From contig JAKAKP010000012.1 in the NCBI GenBank assembly GCA_021813445.1, positions 375 through 64,374 on the forward strand: a stretch of DNA of 64,000 nt, given 5' to 3'. The position numbers were made by a program, and so were the translations under genes. Each line of letters begins with the position of its first letter. The stretch's first letter is position 1. The notes below the pieces were generated by a model, which made no database searches, was not told where the DNA came from, and saw only the letters and a program-made list of their open reading frames with translations. Positions 17,868-28,308 of this stretch are shown here, one piece after another. The stretch comes from Deltaproteobacteria bacterium. GTDB lineage: Bacteria; Desulfobacterota; Desulfobaccia; Desulfobaccales; 0-14-0-80-60-11.

Positions 17868-18404
17868 TTAGGGATTACAAACCTTATAGTCATAAACCGC
17901 CCGGGCATTGTGGACCAGGTTGCGGTGGCAGTCCACGCAGCGCAGCTCATAACCGGTCCGGGGAAAGAGGACCGCCCGGTGGGCCAGCATGGCCCCCCGT
18001 TTGTTGGGAATATAAAGGATGTTCCGGTGACACTTCTGGCACTGGTCGTTTTTAAAGGAGGCGTAGGCCGCTTCCCGGTTTTTTTCATGGCTGTAGGAAC
18101 TCTCGGTGAAATGCACCAGGACATCCTTGATGCCGTGAAAGGTCTTGGCATAGAAAAACGCGAAAGTGTCCTGGGGCGCGGGCAGGTGGCAGTCCATGCA
18201 GTCGGCCACGAATCCCTGGCCGTTGTTGACGTGGGTGGAAGTCTTCCAGGTTTCGTAGGCATACTGGATTTCGTGGCAGGAGGCGCAGAACTGGGGCGTG
18301 GAGGTGCGCACCATGGTGTAATAAAGCAGACTGAACAGGGGGAAGGCGATGATTAAACCGGCGAGGATAAAAAGGGCAGGGCGGAGGAACCTTTTCATAG
18401 TCAT
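17868..18404 (-). CDS. NapC/NirT/NrfH-family membrane tetraheme cytochrome c
   Basis: N-terminal TM helix and four CxxCH motifs (CASCH, CMDCH, CQKCH, CVDCH). It ends 37 nt upstream of the HAO-family gene. Confidence 0.85.
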   Translation of the reverse strand: MTMKRFLRPALFILAGLIIAFPLFSLLYYTMVRTSTPQFCASCHEIQYAYETWKTSTHVNNGQGFVADCMDCHLPAPQDTFAFFYAKTFHGIKDVLVHFTESSYSHEKNREAAYASFKNDQCQKCHRNILYIPNKRGAMLAHRAVLFPRTGYELRCVDCHRNLVHNARAVYDYKVCNP

Positions 18405-18718
18405 AAGATCCGAGAAAGCGGCACTCCCCCTGAAGGTTAACAACCGGAAATTTTGGGTGATTTTAAATCTGGTTTAACCTGACAATATTCCTTATTTATG
18501 GCCAATTTTTAGTACTACTAATGATAAGCACCAGGATGCTCGTGGCAAGCCTGATTGGTAAATTTTTTGAAAACGGAGCCTGCCGGGCCTCAGCCCGGAT
18601 ATTATCGTCGCGGGCAGGGAACCGGAGTCACGATCTAACGGCAATTTTGCTGTAGGGGCGGACCCAGGTGTCCGCCCCCGCGCCCGCAAATGCCGCTGCG
18701 TCTTATTTTTCCAGTTTA

Positions 18719-21700
18719 TTATTCGGCAGCTGCTGATCGGTCCTGGTTACGGCTGGCCTGGAGGTAGAAGATCACCGGCACCACCACCAGGGAAAAGAGG
18801 GTGGACGCGAAGAGGCCGAAGATGAAGGACCAGGCCAGGCCCGAGAAGATAGGGTCCAGGGTGATGACCCAGGAGCCGAACATGGCCGCCAGGGCGGTGA
18901 GCAGGATGGGCCGGAAGCGCACCGCGCCGGAGCGCAGCACCGCGGTTTCCAGGTCATAGCCCCGGTCCAGGTGGTGGTGGATGAAGTCGATGAGGATGAT
19001 GGAGTTGCGCACCACGATGCCCGCCAGCGCGATCATGCCGATCATGGCCGTGGCCGTGAAATAGATGGGGTTGGCGAAACCCGCCACCGGCCGGGTAAAG
19101 AGGAGGTTGAGCAGGGCAAAGCCGGGCATCACCCCGATCATGGTCAGGGGGATGGCCACCATGATCACCAGGGGCATGGTATAAGACGAGGTCTGGAGCA
19201 CCAGGAGGATGTAAATGCCGATGAGCGCGCCCGCGAACGCGATTCCCAGGTCCCGGAAGACCTGCACCGTGATCTTCCATTCCCCTTCCCCGGCGTAATT
19301 CACCCGGTAGCCGGGGGAGAGCGGCTCCCGTTTGGTGTCGCCCATGAGGTCCAGGATGGCATTCACCGGGGAGAGCCCCGCGGTATCCGCGGTGACCATG
19401 ACCAGCCGTTCCAGGTTTTTGCGCATGATGGGCTGGGGGGCCAGGTCTCGCTCAAACCGTCCCAATTCCTGGAGGGGGACGAGAGGGCCGGCGGGGGATT
19501 TGAAATAGAGCTGGCCCAGGTTCAGGGTGGAGGAGCGCAGGGCCTGGGGCCAGCGCAGGAAGATGGGGAGCGGCTCCCGTTCCGCGGCCAGGTGCACCCG
19601 GCCCACCACCTCCCCGGCCTGGGCCTGGGCCACCCCCTTGGCGATCTGGGCCTCGCTCAAACCGCTCAAGGCCGCCTTCTGCCGGTCCACCAGAAAGCGG
19701 TAGCGGGGCTGGGCCGTATTCTCGGAAGTGTCCACGTCCACCACGCCCTTGGTCTTGAGGAAGAAGCCCCTGACCCGGCCCGCCTCCCGAATGATGCTGC
19801 CATACCCGGCGCCGGGAGGGCCGTAGACCTCGCCCACCAGGGTTTGCAAGTCCGGGGGCCCCGGGGGGACTTCCACGATACTGAGCCTGACCTTATGCTT
19901 CCGGGCGATTTCCTCCAGGGCCGGCCTGATGCGCAGGCAGATGGCATGGGAGGCCGCGGCCCGGCGCTCCTTTCCCGCCAGGTTGACCCGGATCTGGCCC
20001 ACCCAGGGGCCTTGCATCAGGTAGTAATGGCGCACCAGGCCGTTAAAGTCGATGGGCGCGCTCACCCCGGCAAAGGTCACCACGTTGTCCACTTCCGACA
20101 CCGAAGCGAGATAATGCCCAAAATCCTGCAATGCGGCCTCGGTGCCCTCCAGGGGCGTGTCATTGGGCAGGTTTGCGACCACCAGAAAGTCATTCTTATT
20201 GTCGAAAGGCAGCATCTTCAGGGGCACCAGTCCCACCACCGGCAACAGGACGGAAATAAAGAACAGGCCCACCACCGCCAGCAGGAACAGGCGGCTCTTG
20301 GCGCGGCTCTCCAAGAGCGGGGTCATGAGGCGGGTATAGACCCGGTAGACCCAGGTCTCTTCCAAGACAAAGGTCTTTTCTTCCTTGCCGTATTCCTTTT
20401 TCAGCAGGTGATAGGTGGCCCAGGGGGTGACGGTGAAGGCGATGGCCAGGCTCATGAGCATGGCCAGGGGCACGTTCAGGGGCATGGGCCGCATGTAGGG
20501 GCCCATCATGCCGGTGACGAAGAACATGGGCAGGAAACTGATGATCACCGTGAAGGTGGCCAGGATGGTGGGGCTCCGCACTTCGTCCACGGCCACCAGG
20601 GTGGCCTCCAGGGGCGGGTGCTGCCGCAATTGGAAATGGCGGTGGATGTTCTCCACGTCGATGATGGGATCGTCCACCAGCAGGCCCAGGGAGAGGATCA
20701 GGGCAAAGAGCGTCACCCGGTTGATGGTGTAGCCGAAGAGCATGTTGCCCATGAGGGTGATGGCCAGGGTCAGGGGCACGGCCAGGGCGACGATGAGGGC
20801 CTCCCGCCACCCCAGGAAGAGCGTCAGCAGCACAGTGATGGAGAGCACCGCAATGAGCAGCTCCCGGATGAGCTCGTTCACCTTTTCATTGGCGGTCTGG
20901 CCATAGTCCCGGGTCACCTGGACGTGGATGTTGGGAGGGATGATCTCTTTTTGCAGCTCCTTGACCCGGGCCAGCAGACTGGCGGCCACGGTCACCGCGT
21001 TGGTGCCCAATCTCTTGGCAAAAGCCATGGTCACCGCGGGATAAAATTCCCCCCGGGACTGGCCGGTCTCCAACTCGGCCGCGGGCCCGAACGCCAGGCG
21101 GCTGATCGCCACCGGCTCTTCCGGGCCGTCGATGATCCGGGCCACGTCCTGGAGATACACGGGTTTGCCCTGGTGCACCCCCACCAGCAGGTTCGCCACT
21201 TCGTCCGCGGACTTGAGGAACGGCCCGGCCTCCACCAGGTATTCCTTGTCCTGGCGGGAGAAGTGGCCCGCGGGCACATTAACGTTGCTCACTTCGATGG
21301 CCTGGGACAGAGCGGCCAGATCCAGGCCGTGGCCCGCGAGCCGGGCCGGGTCCGCCACCACCCGCACCTGGCGCTTGCGCCCCGCGACCACGTAGGAACG
21401 GGCCGTATCAGGGATGCTTTGCAGACGGTGCAGGAGTTCGTCCGCCACCCTCCTCAGTTCGTAGTCGCCGGCGCTGTCGCTGTAAAGGGTGAGGGTGACG
21501 ATGGGCACGTCGTTGATGTTCATGGGCTTGACCACCCAGCCCGCGACGCCGGAAGGCACCTGGTCGATGTTGGACCAGACCTTGTTGTAGACTTTAAAAA
21601 GGCTGTTTTCTAAATTCTCCCCCACCCGGAACTTGGCGGTGACCACCGCAAAGCCGGAGTCGGCCCGGGCATAGAGGTCTTCCAGGCCCTCCATCTCCCA

Positions 21701-21955
21701 GAGCTTTTTCTCCAGGTTGATGACCACCAGGTTTTCCACTTCCGTAGGCGACGCCCCGGGGAAGCGGATAAGGATGTCCACCATGGGCACCTTGATTTGG
21801 GGGTCTTCTTCCCGGGGGGTGTAGAGCAGGGCCGCGGCCCCGGCCAGCAGGCAGACCAGGATGATGATGGTGGGCAGCTTGGACAGCAAAAAGACCTTGA
21901 CCAGGCGGGCGGTGGGGCCGAGATGGAGGGGTTCAGGATTGTTGGCCATGGTCAA
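18719..21955 (-). CDS. RND efflux transporter permease (AcrB/CzcA superfamily)
   Basis: 1078 aa with 12-TM RND topology and two large periplasmic loops. Confidence 0.9.
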   Translation of the reverse strand: MTMANNPEPLHLGPTARLVKVFLLSKLPTIIILVCLLAGAAALLYTPREEDPQIKVPMVDILIRFPGASPTEVENLVVINLEKKLWEMEGLEDLYARADSGFAVVTAKFRVGENLENSLFKVYNKVWSNIDQVPSGVAGWVVKPMNINDVPIVTLTLYSDSAGDYELRRVADELLHRLQSIPDTARSYVVAGRKRQVRVVADPARLAGHGLDLAALSQAIEVSNVNVPAGHFSRQDKEYLVEAGPFLKSADEVANLLVGVHQGKPVYLQDVARIIDGPEEPVAISRLAFGPAAELETGQSRGEFYPAVTMAFAKRLGTNAVTVAASLLARVKELQKEIIPPNIHVQVTRDYGQTANEKVNELIRELLIAVLSITVLLTLFLGWREALIVALAVPLTLAITLMGNMLFGYTINRVTLFALILSLGLLVDDPIIDVENIHRHFQLRQHPPLEATLVAVDEVRSPTILATFTVIISFLPMFFVTGMMGPYMRPMPLNVPLAMLMSLAIAFTVTPWATYHLLKKEYGKEEKTFVLEETWVYRVYTRLMTPLLESRAKSRLFLLAVVGLFFISVLLPVVGLVPLKMLPFDNKNDFLVVANLPNDTPLEGTEAALQDFGHYLASVSEVDNVVTFAGVSAPIDFNGLVRHYYLMQGPWVGQIRVNLAGKERRAAASHAICLRIRPALEEIARKHKVRLSIVEVPPGPPDLQTLVGEVYGPPGAGYGSIIREAGRVRGFFLKTKGVVDVDTSENTAQPRYRFLVDRQKAALSGLSEAQIAKGVAQAQAGEVVGRVHLAAEREPLPIFLRWPQALRSSTLNLGQLYFKSPAGPLVPLQELGRFERDLAPQPIMRKNLERLVMVTADTAGLSPVNAILDLMGDTKREPLSPGYRVNYAGEGEWKITVQVFRDLGIAFAGALIGIYILLVLQTSSYTMPLVIMVAIPLTMIGVMPGFALLNLLFTRPVAGFANPIYFTATAMIGMIALAGIVVRNSIILIDFIHHHLDRGYDLETAVLRSGAVRFRPILLTALAAMFGSWVITLDPIFSGLAWSFIFGLFASTLFSLVVVPVIFYLQASRNQDRSAAAE

Positions 21956-22020
21956 CTATATGCGGTTTAAGGGCATAGCGGGCCCGCCGAATTATTGAAG
22001 GTATGGAGGATTTCCCTCCT

Positions 22021-22179
22021 CGTTCCCAAGCTGGGCTTGGGAACTGGGGTAGAGGGCAAGTTAAACTTGCCCACTACCTTCGTTCCCAAGTACAACTTGG
22101 GAACGAGTAAAACTCTGGTGGGGCGGGCGTCCGCGCCCGCCTCGCTGGTTCGCACCGGCTGGAAAGCCTGTGCTACCGC
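22021..22179. repeat. Cluster of hairpin repeats inside the efflux operon: two CGTTCCCAAG-n-CTTGGGAAC hairpins, GGGCAAGTTAAACTTGCCC, and family C copy 3
   Basis: Hairpins lie at 22021-22044, 22052-22071 and 22081-22105, and family C at 22117-22179. A relative of the first type is at 1208-1229. Confidence 0.8.
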
Positions 22180-22183
22180 ATAC

Positions 22184-23200
22184 TTATTCAGGCAACAAGA
22201 TCTTATCCCCAGCCTGCAACCCCGCTAGCACTTCCACTTGGTCCCCCACCTGCCGGCCCAGTTGCACCTGGCGGCGGGTGGCGCGGCCCTCCACCAGCGC
22301 CTCCACCATGGAGAGCTGGCCTACCTGGCGCACCGCTTCTTTGGGGATAAGAAGCCCACGGGCAGCGGGCAAGCGTAGTTCCAGGCGGGCGAACATGCCC
22401 GGCACCAGTTCCGGGTTTTGAATGACCGCGGTGCGCACCTTGAAGGTGCGGCTGCCCGGGGCGCTGATGGGGAAGATTTCTGTAAGCGGCAGGTCGGCCT
22501 GCCATTTCTGCGCGGGCACGCTGACCCGGACCATTTCCCCCAGCTTGACCTGTTGCCGGTAGCTGTCGTTGACCTCGCCTTCGATCTGGAGCTTGGCGGG
22601 ATTATAGAGAAGCACCAGGGGCAGGCCGGGCTGGACCACGTCGCCCACGGCCACCCGGCGCTCCGCCACCACCCCCGGGGCCGGAGCCTTCACCAGGGTA
22701 TAGCCGCTCATGGTCGCGGCTTCCGCGGCCTGGGCCCGGGCCGAGCGATAGCGGGCCTCCATGGCCCCGAATTCCTGGGGGCTGACCGCCTCTTGCTTCA
22801 AGAGACGCTGATAGCGGTGATAGTCGGCCGCAGCCTGCTTGAGCTGCGCCTGGGCCTGGCTCAGCCGGGCCTGATATTCCGCCGCGGCCAGGCTCACCAG
22901 GGGTGCCCCCGCCTTGACCCGGGAGCCGGCCTCCACCCAAATCCTGGCCACCCGGCCGGGCACCTGGGAAGAGACCTGGGCCAGGCTGGGGGAGATGACG
23001 CTGCCCAGGACGGTGAGTTCCTGGGGAATTTCCCGCTCCTGGACGGTGAGCACCCGGCCGGGAGCGGCCGGGGCCTTCAGGGCCACGGTGCCCGGCGCAA
23101 TCTTGCCGAAATGGAGCAGCCCGGCCAGCCAGAGCATAAAGATCAGGGCTCCGAGGACCAGGGCCGCCAGTCCATAGAATTTCTTTTTGGACATCATCAA
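22184..23200 (-). CDS. RND efflux periplasmic adaptor (membrane fusion protein, HlyD/AcrA family)
   Basis: 338 aa with an N-terminal TM anchor and a coiled-coil hairpin region (YQARLSQAQAQLKQAAADYHRYQRL). Confidence 0.85.
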   Translation of the reverse strand: MMMSKKKFYGLAALVLGALIFMLWLAGLLHFGKIAPGTVALKAPAAPGRVLTVQEREIPQELTVLGSVISPSLAQVSSQVPGRVARIWVEAGSRVKAGAPLVSLAAAEYQARLSQAQAQLKQAAADYHRYQRLLKQEAVSPQEFGAMEARYRSARAQAAEAATMSGYTLVKAPAPGVVAERRVAVGDVVQPGLPLVLLYNPAKLQIEGEVNDSYRQQVKLGEMVRVSVPAQKWQADLPLTEIFPISAPGSRTFKVRTAVIQNPELVPGMFARLELRLPAARGLLIPKEAVRQVGQLSMVEALVEGRATRRQVQLGRQVGDQVEVLAGLQAGDKILLPE

Positions 23201-23315
23201 GGTTGTCCTGGATAGCTTTCAGCCGTCAGCTTGCAGCTTTTCTTTAATGCCGCTCGTAAACAATAAATAGTATGCCATTAATCAAGTCACAGACCAGAGC
23301 ACACAGGGTATTAAA

Positions 23316-23394
23316 GCCCCCCTTTGGAAAAGGGGATTTAGGGGAATTTGGGGGCGCTGAAAAATCCCCCCTTCCCCCCTTTTACAAAGGGGGG
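23316..23394. repeat. Repeat family E copy
   Basis: GCCCCCCTTTGGAAAAGGGGATTTAGGGGAATTTGGGGGCGCTGAAAAATCCCCCCTTCCCCCCTTTTACAAAGGGGGG has the same architecture as 8573-8648. Confidence 0.75.
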
Positions 23395-23438
23395 AAAACT
23401 GAATCCTGGACGCTGATGTTGGGGCTTAGCCACGCTTT

Positions 23439-24815
23439 TCATTTATTCCCCGACGCCTTCTCTGCCGCCACCGGGCCGGAAATGGTCCCCAGGGCCAGGT
23501 CCAGCCCGGCTTGGGCCAGATAGGTGTCGAACAGGGCCGTGACCTGCCCCAGTTCCGCGTTTTTCAGGGCGTCTTCCGCGGTGAGGAGGTCCACCAGGAT
23601 GGTGAGGCCCTCCTCGTAGCGGAGGCGGATGAGGCGCAGGCTTTCCCGGGCGTGGGCCATCGCGGCCCGGGCCACCTTCAGACGCTCATGGGCCGTTTTC
23701 AAGTTCAGGATGGCCTCCGTCACCTGGTGGCGCACCCGGTCCTCCAAATCCCGTTTGAACTCCCGGGCCTGGGTCTCTTTGGCCCGGGACTCCCGGACCC
23801 GGGCCAGATCGGCCAGGCCGTTGAAAAGATTGAAGTTGAGGAGGGCCATGACCGTGTAGCTGTCAGCGCTGCTGCCGAAGAGGCGGCGCTGATCCACGTC
23901 GTATTCGGCCACCACCTTCAGCCGGGGCAGATAATTGAGGCGGGCCTTCTGGTATTCCTGCTGGGCCACCCGGGCCGCGAGCTCCAGGCGTTTGAGGTCC
24001 GGCCGCTTCTCCTGGGCCGTCTGCTGCAAATCAATAAGCTGCGACGGCAAGGGCGCAGGTTCCTTGGGCGCGGGGGCCAGATCCCGGTTCCCCTCGCCGG
24101 GGCGGCCCATGACCGTGCCCAGGGCGCTTTGGGCGATTTGCACCTGGCTGGCCGCGGTCAATTCTTCCTGGGTCAGGCGGGCCAGGTGCACTTCGGCGGA
24201 GAGGACGTCGGCCTTGACCACCGAGCCGTCCCGGTAGCGGGCCTGGGCGATCTGCAAGTGCCTGGCCGCGGTCTCCTTGGCCTGCCGGGTCACCCGCAGA
24301 TTCTCCCGGGCCAATTGCAGGCCGAAGTAGGCCTGGGTCACCTGGAAGAGCACCTGTTGGCGGCTGCTGAGGACATAAGCCGCGGCCATCTCCCGGCCCA
24401 GGCGGGCCTGCTGATACCCGAGATAGGCCTCACCGGCTTGAAAAAGCGGCTGTACGGCGGACAGCCCGGTGCGGAAATTGCCGAACGCATTGGGATTATT
24501 CAGATTATTTAAGAGAAAATCTTGCTGGGTAAAAACCCGCTGGTTCAGCTTGCTCATGAACACCTGGGTGGGACTGTCGGAAAAGGTGTAGCCTTCGCCG
24601 AAGTTGACCTGGGGCAGGAAACGGGCCCGGGCCTTGGCCATATCGGCTTCTGCGGTTTCCACCGACATGCCTGCGGCCTGGAGCCCCGGGTTATGCTTCA
24701 GGGCCAGAAGCATGGCTTCTCCCAGGGTCAGGGGCGGGGGGGCGGCGGAAGCAATGCCGGTTCCCCAGCAGAAGAAAAGCAACAGGCAAATGGCGGCACG
24801 ATGGCGCATAAACAA
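23439..24815 (-). CDS. TolC-family outer membrane efflux protein
   Basis: 458 aa with a signal peptide and two repeated OEP coiled-coil/beta halves. Confidence 0.85.
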   Translation of the reverse strand: MFMRHRAAICLLLFFCWGTGIASAAPPPLTLGEAMLLALKHNPGLQAAGMSVETAEADMAKARARFLPQVNFGEGYTFSDSPTQVFMSKLNQRVFTQQDFLLNNLNNPNAFGNFRTGLSAVQPLFQAGEAYLGYQQARLGREMAAAYVLSSRQQVLFQVTQAYFGLQLARENLRVTRQAKETAARHLQIAQARYRDGSVVKADVLSAEVHLARLTQEELTAASQVQIAQSALGTVMGRPGEGNRDLAPAPKEPAPLPSQLIDLQQTAQEKRPDLKRLELAARVAQQEYQKARLNYLPRLKVVAEYDVDQRRLFGSSADSYTVMALLNFNLFNGLADLARVRESRAKETQAREFKRDLEDRVRHQVTEAILNLKTAHERLKVARAAMAHARESLRLIRLRYEEGLTILVDLLTAEDALKNAELGQVTALFDTYLAQAGLDLALGTISGPVAAEKASGNK

Positions 24816-25425
24816 GCGACCCCGGCATTTTCAGGAGTTATTTTTTCACCATAGATTAAAGCTTTCTGACCAAATGTCCAGACCCAAAAGACTTTATTGG
24901 CCGTTATCCGGCTTCTTTAATGCCCTCGACTCCTTGGCTTTTGTCCCAGGGGCTTTTCAGCAGATTTTCCCAGATTATTTTTTTTAAAATAAATTTCTTT
25001 TAAACTTCCGGGGCTTAGCCATTTTTGCTTTCTCAATTCTTTGACCCCTATGAAAATCGCTGGAAATGCCAGAAAAATAAAGATTGACGCGCGAAACCGC
25101 GAGTTTCTGGAATTGCCCCAATTAGGGCTTATTTAAGGTTATCATCCTGATATCGTTTAATTATTGCTATTGCCTGAAAATTCAAGCCAGCTCTAACGCA
25201 GAGGAGTGTTGGGCGGCTGCCGGTGAAAAAAGAAGTAATCTCAATCTGGCTTCACTCCCTTTGACCGGGATGCTTTCCGGAATTAAGATGCAATTCCAGA
25301 ATCAGAACCCCGCCATAATTTCCACTCTTTGCGTTCGGCCAGGTAAAAGAGCCCTGCCAGAGACGAAGGCAGGGCTATCACCCGGGCCTAATATCCAGGG
25401 ACGGCTAAACCGATGGAGGGCTGAC

Positions 25426-25902
25426 GTGACTGCGGAGCGTTCCTTTGGGACCTCTACTGCCAAGGCCACAGAGCAGCATTTGCGGATTAGCGGCAAAAAG
25501 GCCAAAACTGCTTTTTTCCGTAAGCCCCGGGAACACATCCTCATTATTGATGATGAGAAGAGGATGGTCCAAAACGGCCAGGAAGTCCTGGAAAACCTGG
25601 GCTACCGGGTTACCGGCCACACCTCCAGCCGGGAAGCTTTGGAAATGGTGCGGCGGCAACCCAAGAAATTTGACCTGGTGATTACCGATTTTATTATGCC
25701 GCAAATGAACGGCATCGAACTGGCCCAGGAATTAAGCCGGTTGTGCCCGGATATGCCCATTATCTTGTATACGGCCATCAGGAAGGCGATATCCGTGGAA
25801 CACGCCCAAAAATTGGGGATCAAGGATTATTTGCTGAAGCCGGTGAGTGCCGGGGAATTAGGGCGGGCGATCCGCCGGGTCTTGGATGCCAGGCAGCAAT
25901 GA
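25426..25902 (+). CDS. Stand-alone response regulator receiver protein (start uncertain; the ORF is open from 25261)
   Basis: REC domain ILIIDDE...DLVITDFIMPQMNG...LLKP. The GTG at 25426 follows GGAGGG by 5 nt. Confidence 0.7.
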   Translation: MTAERSFGTSTAKATEQHLRISGKKAKTAFFRKPREHILIIDDEKRMVQNGQEVLENLGYRVTGHTSSREALEMVRRQPKKFDLVITDFIMPQMNGIELAQELSRLCPDMPIILYTAIRKAISVEHAQKLGIKDYLLKPVSAGELGRAIRRVLDARQQ

Positions 25903-26074
25903 GGGACCCTGGCCGGTTGATGCCAAGGGAGAGTAGCCGTTTCTCCGGGGGGAGGCAAAAAAGATTTAATGAATCATTAATAAAGATTAATGCTATTCCC
26001 AGGGGTGCCGATTACTATTACAAGTTTCATGACCCCTCCAAGAAGGCCTGGGTTTCTCCGGAAGCCCGGGCCGT

Positions 26075-26281
26075 TTATTTTTTCCCCCACATGAGCATGA
26101 GCCCCACGATGATGAGACCATAAGCGGCTGCGTGCATCAAGCGCTGCTCCCGGAAAAAACCGGGGGTGGAGGCCTTCCCGGCTTTCCGGGCCTGCTGGCG
26201 GCGGATGCCGGTTAACATCAGGACCACCATGCCCATCAGGGCCAAAATCGGTCCGAGCTCTATGCTCCCCACATTCACCAC
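26075..26281 (-). CDS. Small two-TM membrane protein (hypothetical)
   Basis: 68 aa with a GTG start preceded by GAGGA, and two hydrophobic helices flanking a basic loop. Confidence 0.4.
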   Translation of the reverse strand: MVNVGSIELGPILALMGMVVLMLTGIRRQQARKAGKASTPGFFREQRLMHAAAYGLIIVGLMLMWGKK

Positions 26282-26368
26282 GCTGATCCTCTATCGACAA
26301 TAGGTAACTAGGCAGAGATGAATGGCAGCCCGGACCGGGCCGCCTTCCCTGGCGGGTCTGCAAAAAAC

Positions 26369-26460
26369 TGGCGGAGAGAGAGGGATTCGAACCCTCGGTG
26401 GAAGTTTCCCCCCACACTCGCTTAGCAGGCGAGCACCTTCGGCCTCTCGGTCATCTCTCC
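26369..26460 (-). tRNA. tRNA-Ser (anticodon GCU)
   Basis: GGAGAGA acceptor stem, anticodon stem-loop CTCGC-CTGCTAA-GCGAG, long variable arm, GGTTCGAATCC T-loop, and an encoded CCA. Confidence 0.9.
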
Positions 26461-26567
26461 GCAGGGCTTAAGGGAGCCTGGCTGCAACTCCCTCGCGGCA
26501 GTAGTTTAAACTCTCCGGCCCGGGTCTGCAAGTACTTAGAGACCGGCAGCGGGACATAAAAACTACT

Positions 26568-27644
<1,077 letters not shown>

Positions 27645-27691
27645 CTAAGGCAGGGTTAGAAGCCATTAAAAAACCTCAAATAACCCTGAAT

Positions 27692-27763
27692 TGTCATTCT
27701 GAGCGCCGCAAGAATCTCGTATTTCCAAGGCGTTGAGATCCTTCACTGCGTTCAGGATGACAG
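27692..27763 (+). repeat. Family A inverted-repeat element copy 2, sitting between cheD and cheB
   Basis: Nearly identical to 324-396. Confidence 0.85.
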
Positions 27764-27795
27764 AAAGAGCGGTTTTGCAATGGCTTTCAGTACGA

Positions 27796-28308
27796 TTAAC
27801 GTCTCCGGGGATCAGGATCCAGCCAACATACCTTTTGCACCTGTTTGAGCAGCACTTCGCCGGTGTGGGTAAAAAAAAAGATTTTCCGGCCCACGGAGCC
27901 TCCCAGATCAGAGGCCTGGACCTGGAGCCCGTGGGCCTCAAGCATTTTCAGGGCCCGCTGAATATTCTGCTGCCCCACGGTTACGGTCTGGCAGCGGCCC
28001 TGGTAACATTCCAAGACATCGGCGCCGCCAAAGAGCTTGACCTGGATCTGCTGCAAGGCGATACCCTGGGACTGAAATTGCTCCAGCATCCAATAAAAGG
28101 AGTGATCGACGAACCTGAAGCTTCCTTCCTGATGCACATCCTCCGGGAGCACTGCATGGCAGATGGCCCCCAGCCGGTGCAGCTGGTTGAAGAATATCAA
28201 GGACACGCAGGAACCCAGGATGGTCGTCACTACCGTCGGCTGCTCCCCCAGATATATTTCTCCGGGTTTTAAATAAATTATGGGTAAGTTCGTCTGTAGC
28301 GGGTGCAT
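27796..28308 (-). CDS. cheD: Chemoreceptor glutamine deamidase CheD
   Basis: LKPGEIY....P.VVTTILGSCVSL...GAICHAVLP. Its ATG overlaps the cheR stop. Confidence 0.9.
   Translation of the reverse strand: MHPLQTNLPIIYLKPGEIYLGEQPTVVTTILGSCVSLIFFNQLHRLGAICHAVLPEDVHQEGSFRFVDHSFYWMLEQFQSQGIALQQIQVKLFGGADVLECYQGRCQTVTVGQQNIQRALKMLEAHGLQVQASDLGGSVGRKIFFFTHTGEVLLKQVQKVCWLDPDPRRR

Noticed and set aside
16400-18262. The 620-aa version of the multiheme cytochrome ORF
   Set aside because: The first 144 codons overlap the NrfH/NapC gene in another frame and are Pro/Thr/Ser-rich nonsense. A signal peptide with a strong RBS begins at ATG 17830.
25261-25425. 55-codon N-terminal extension of the stand-alone receiver protein
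   Set aside because: The extension has no domain features. A GTG with a good GGAGGG RBS at 25426 gives a more typical protein. It is kept as an alternative only.
26282-26567. tRNA-Ser as the attachment site of an integrated element
   Set aside because: I saw no direct repeat of the tRNA 3' end elsewhere in the window and no integrase gene nearby. The adjacent genes are ordinary che and membrane genes.
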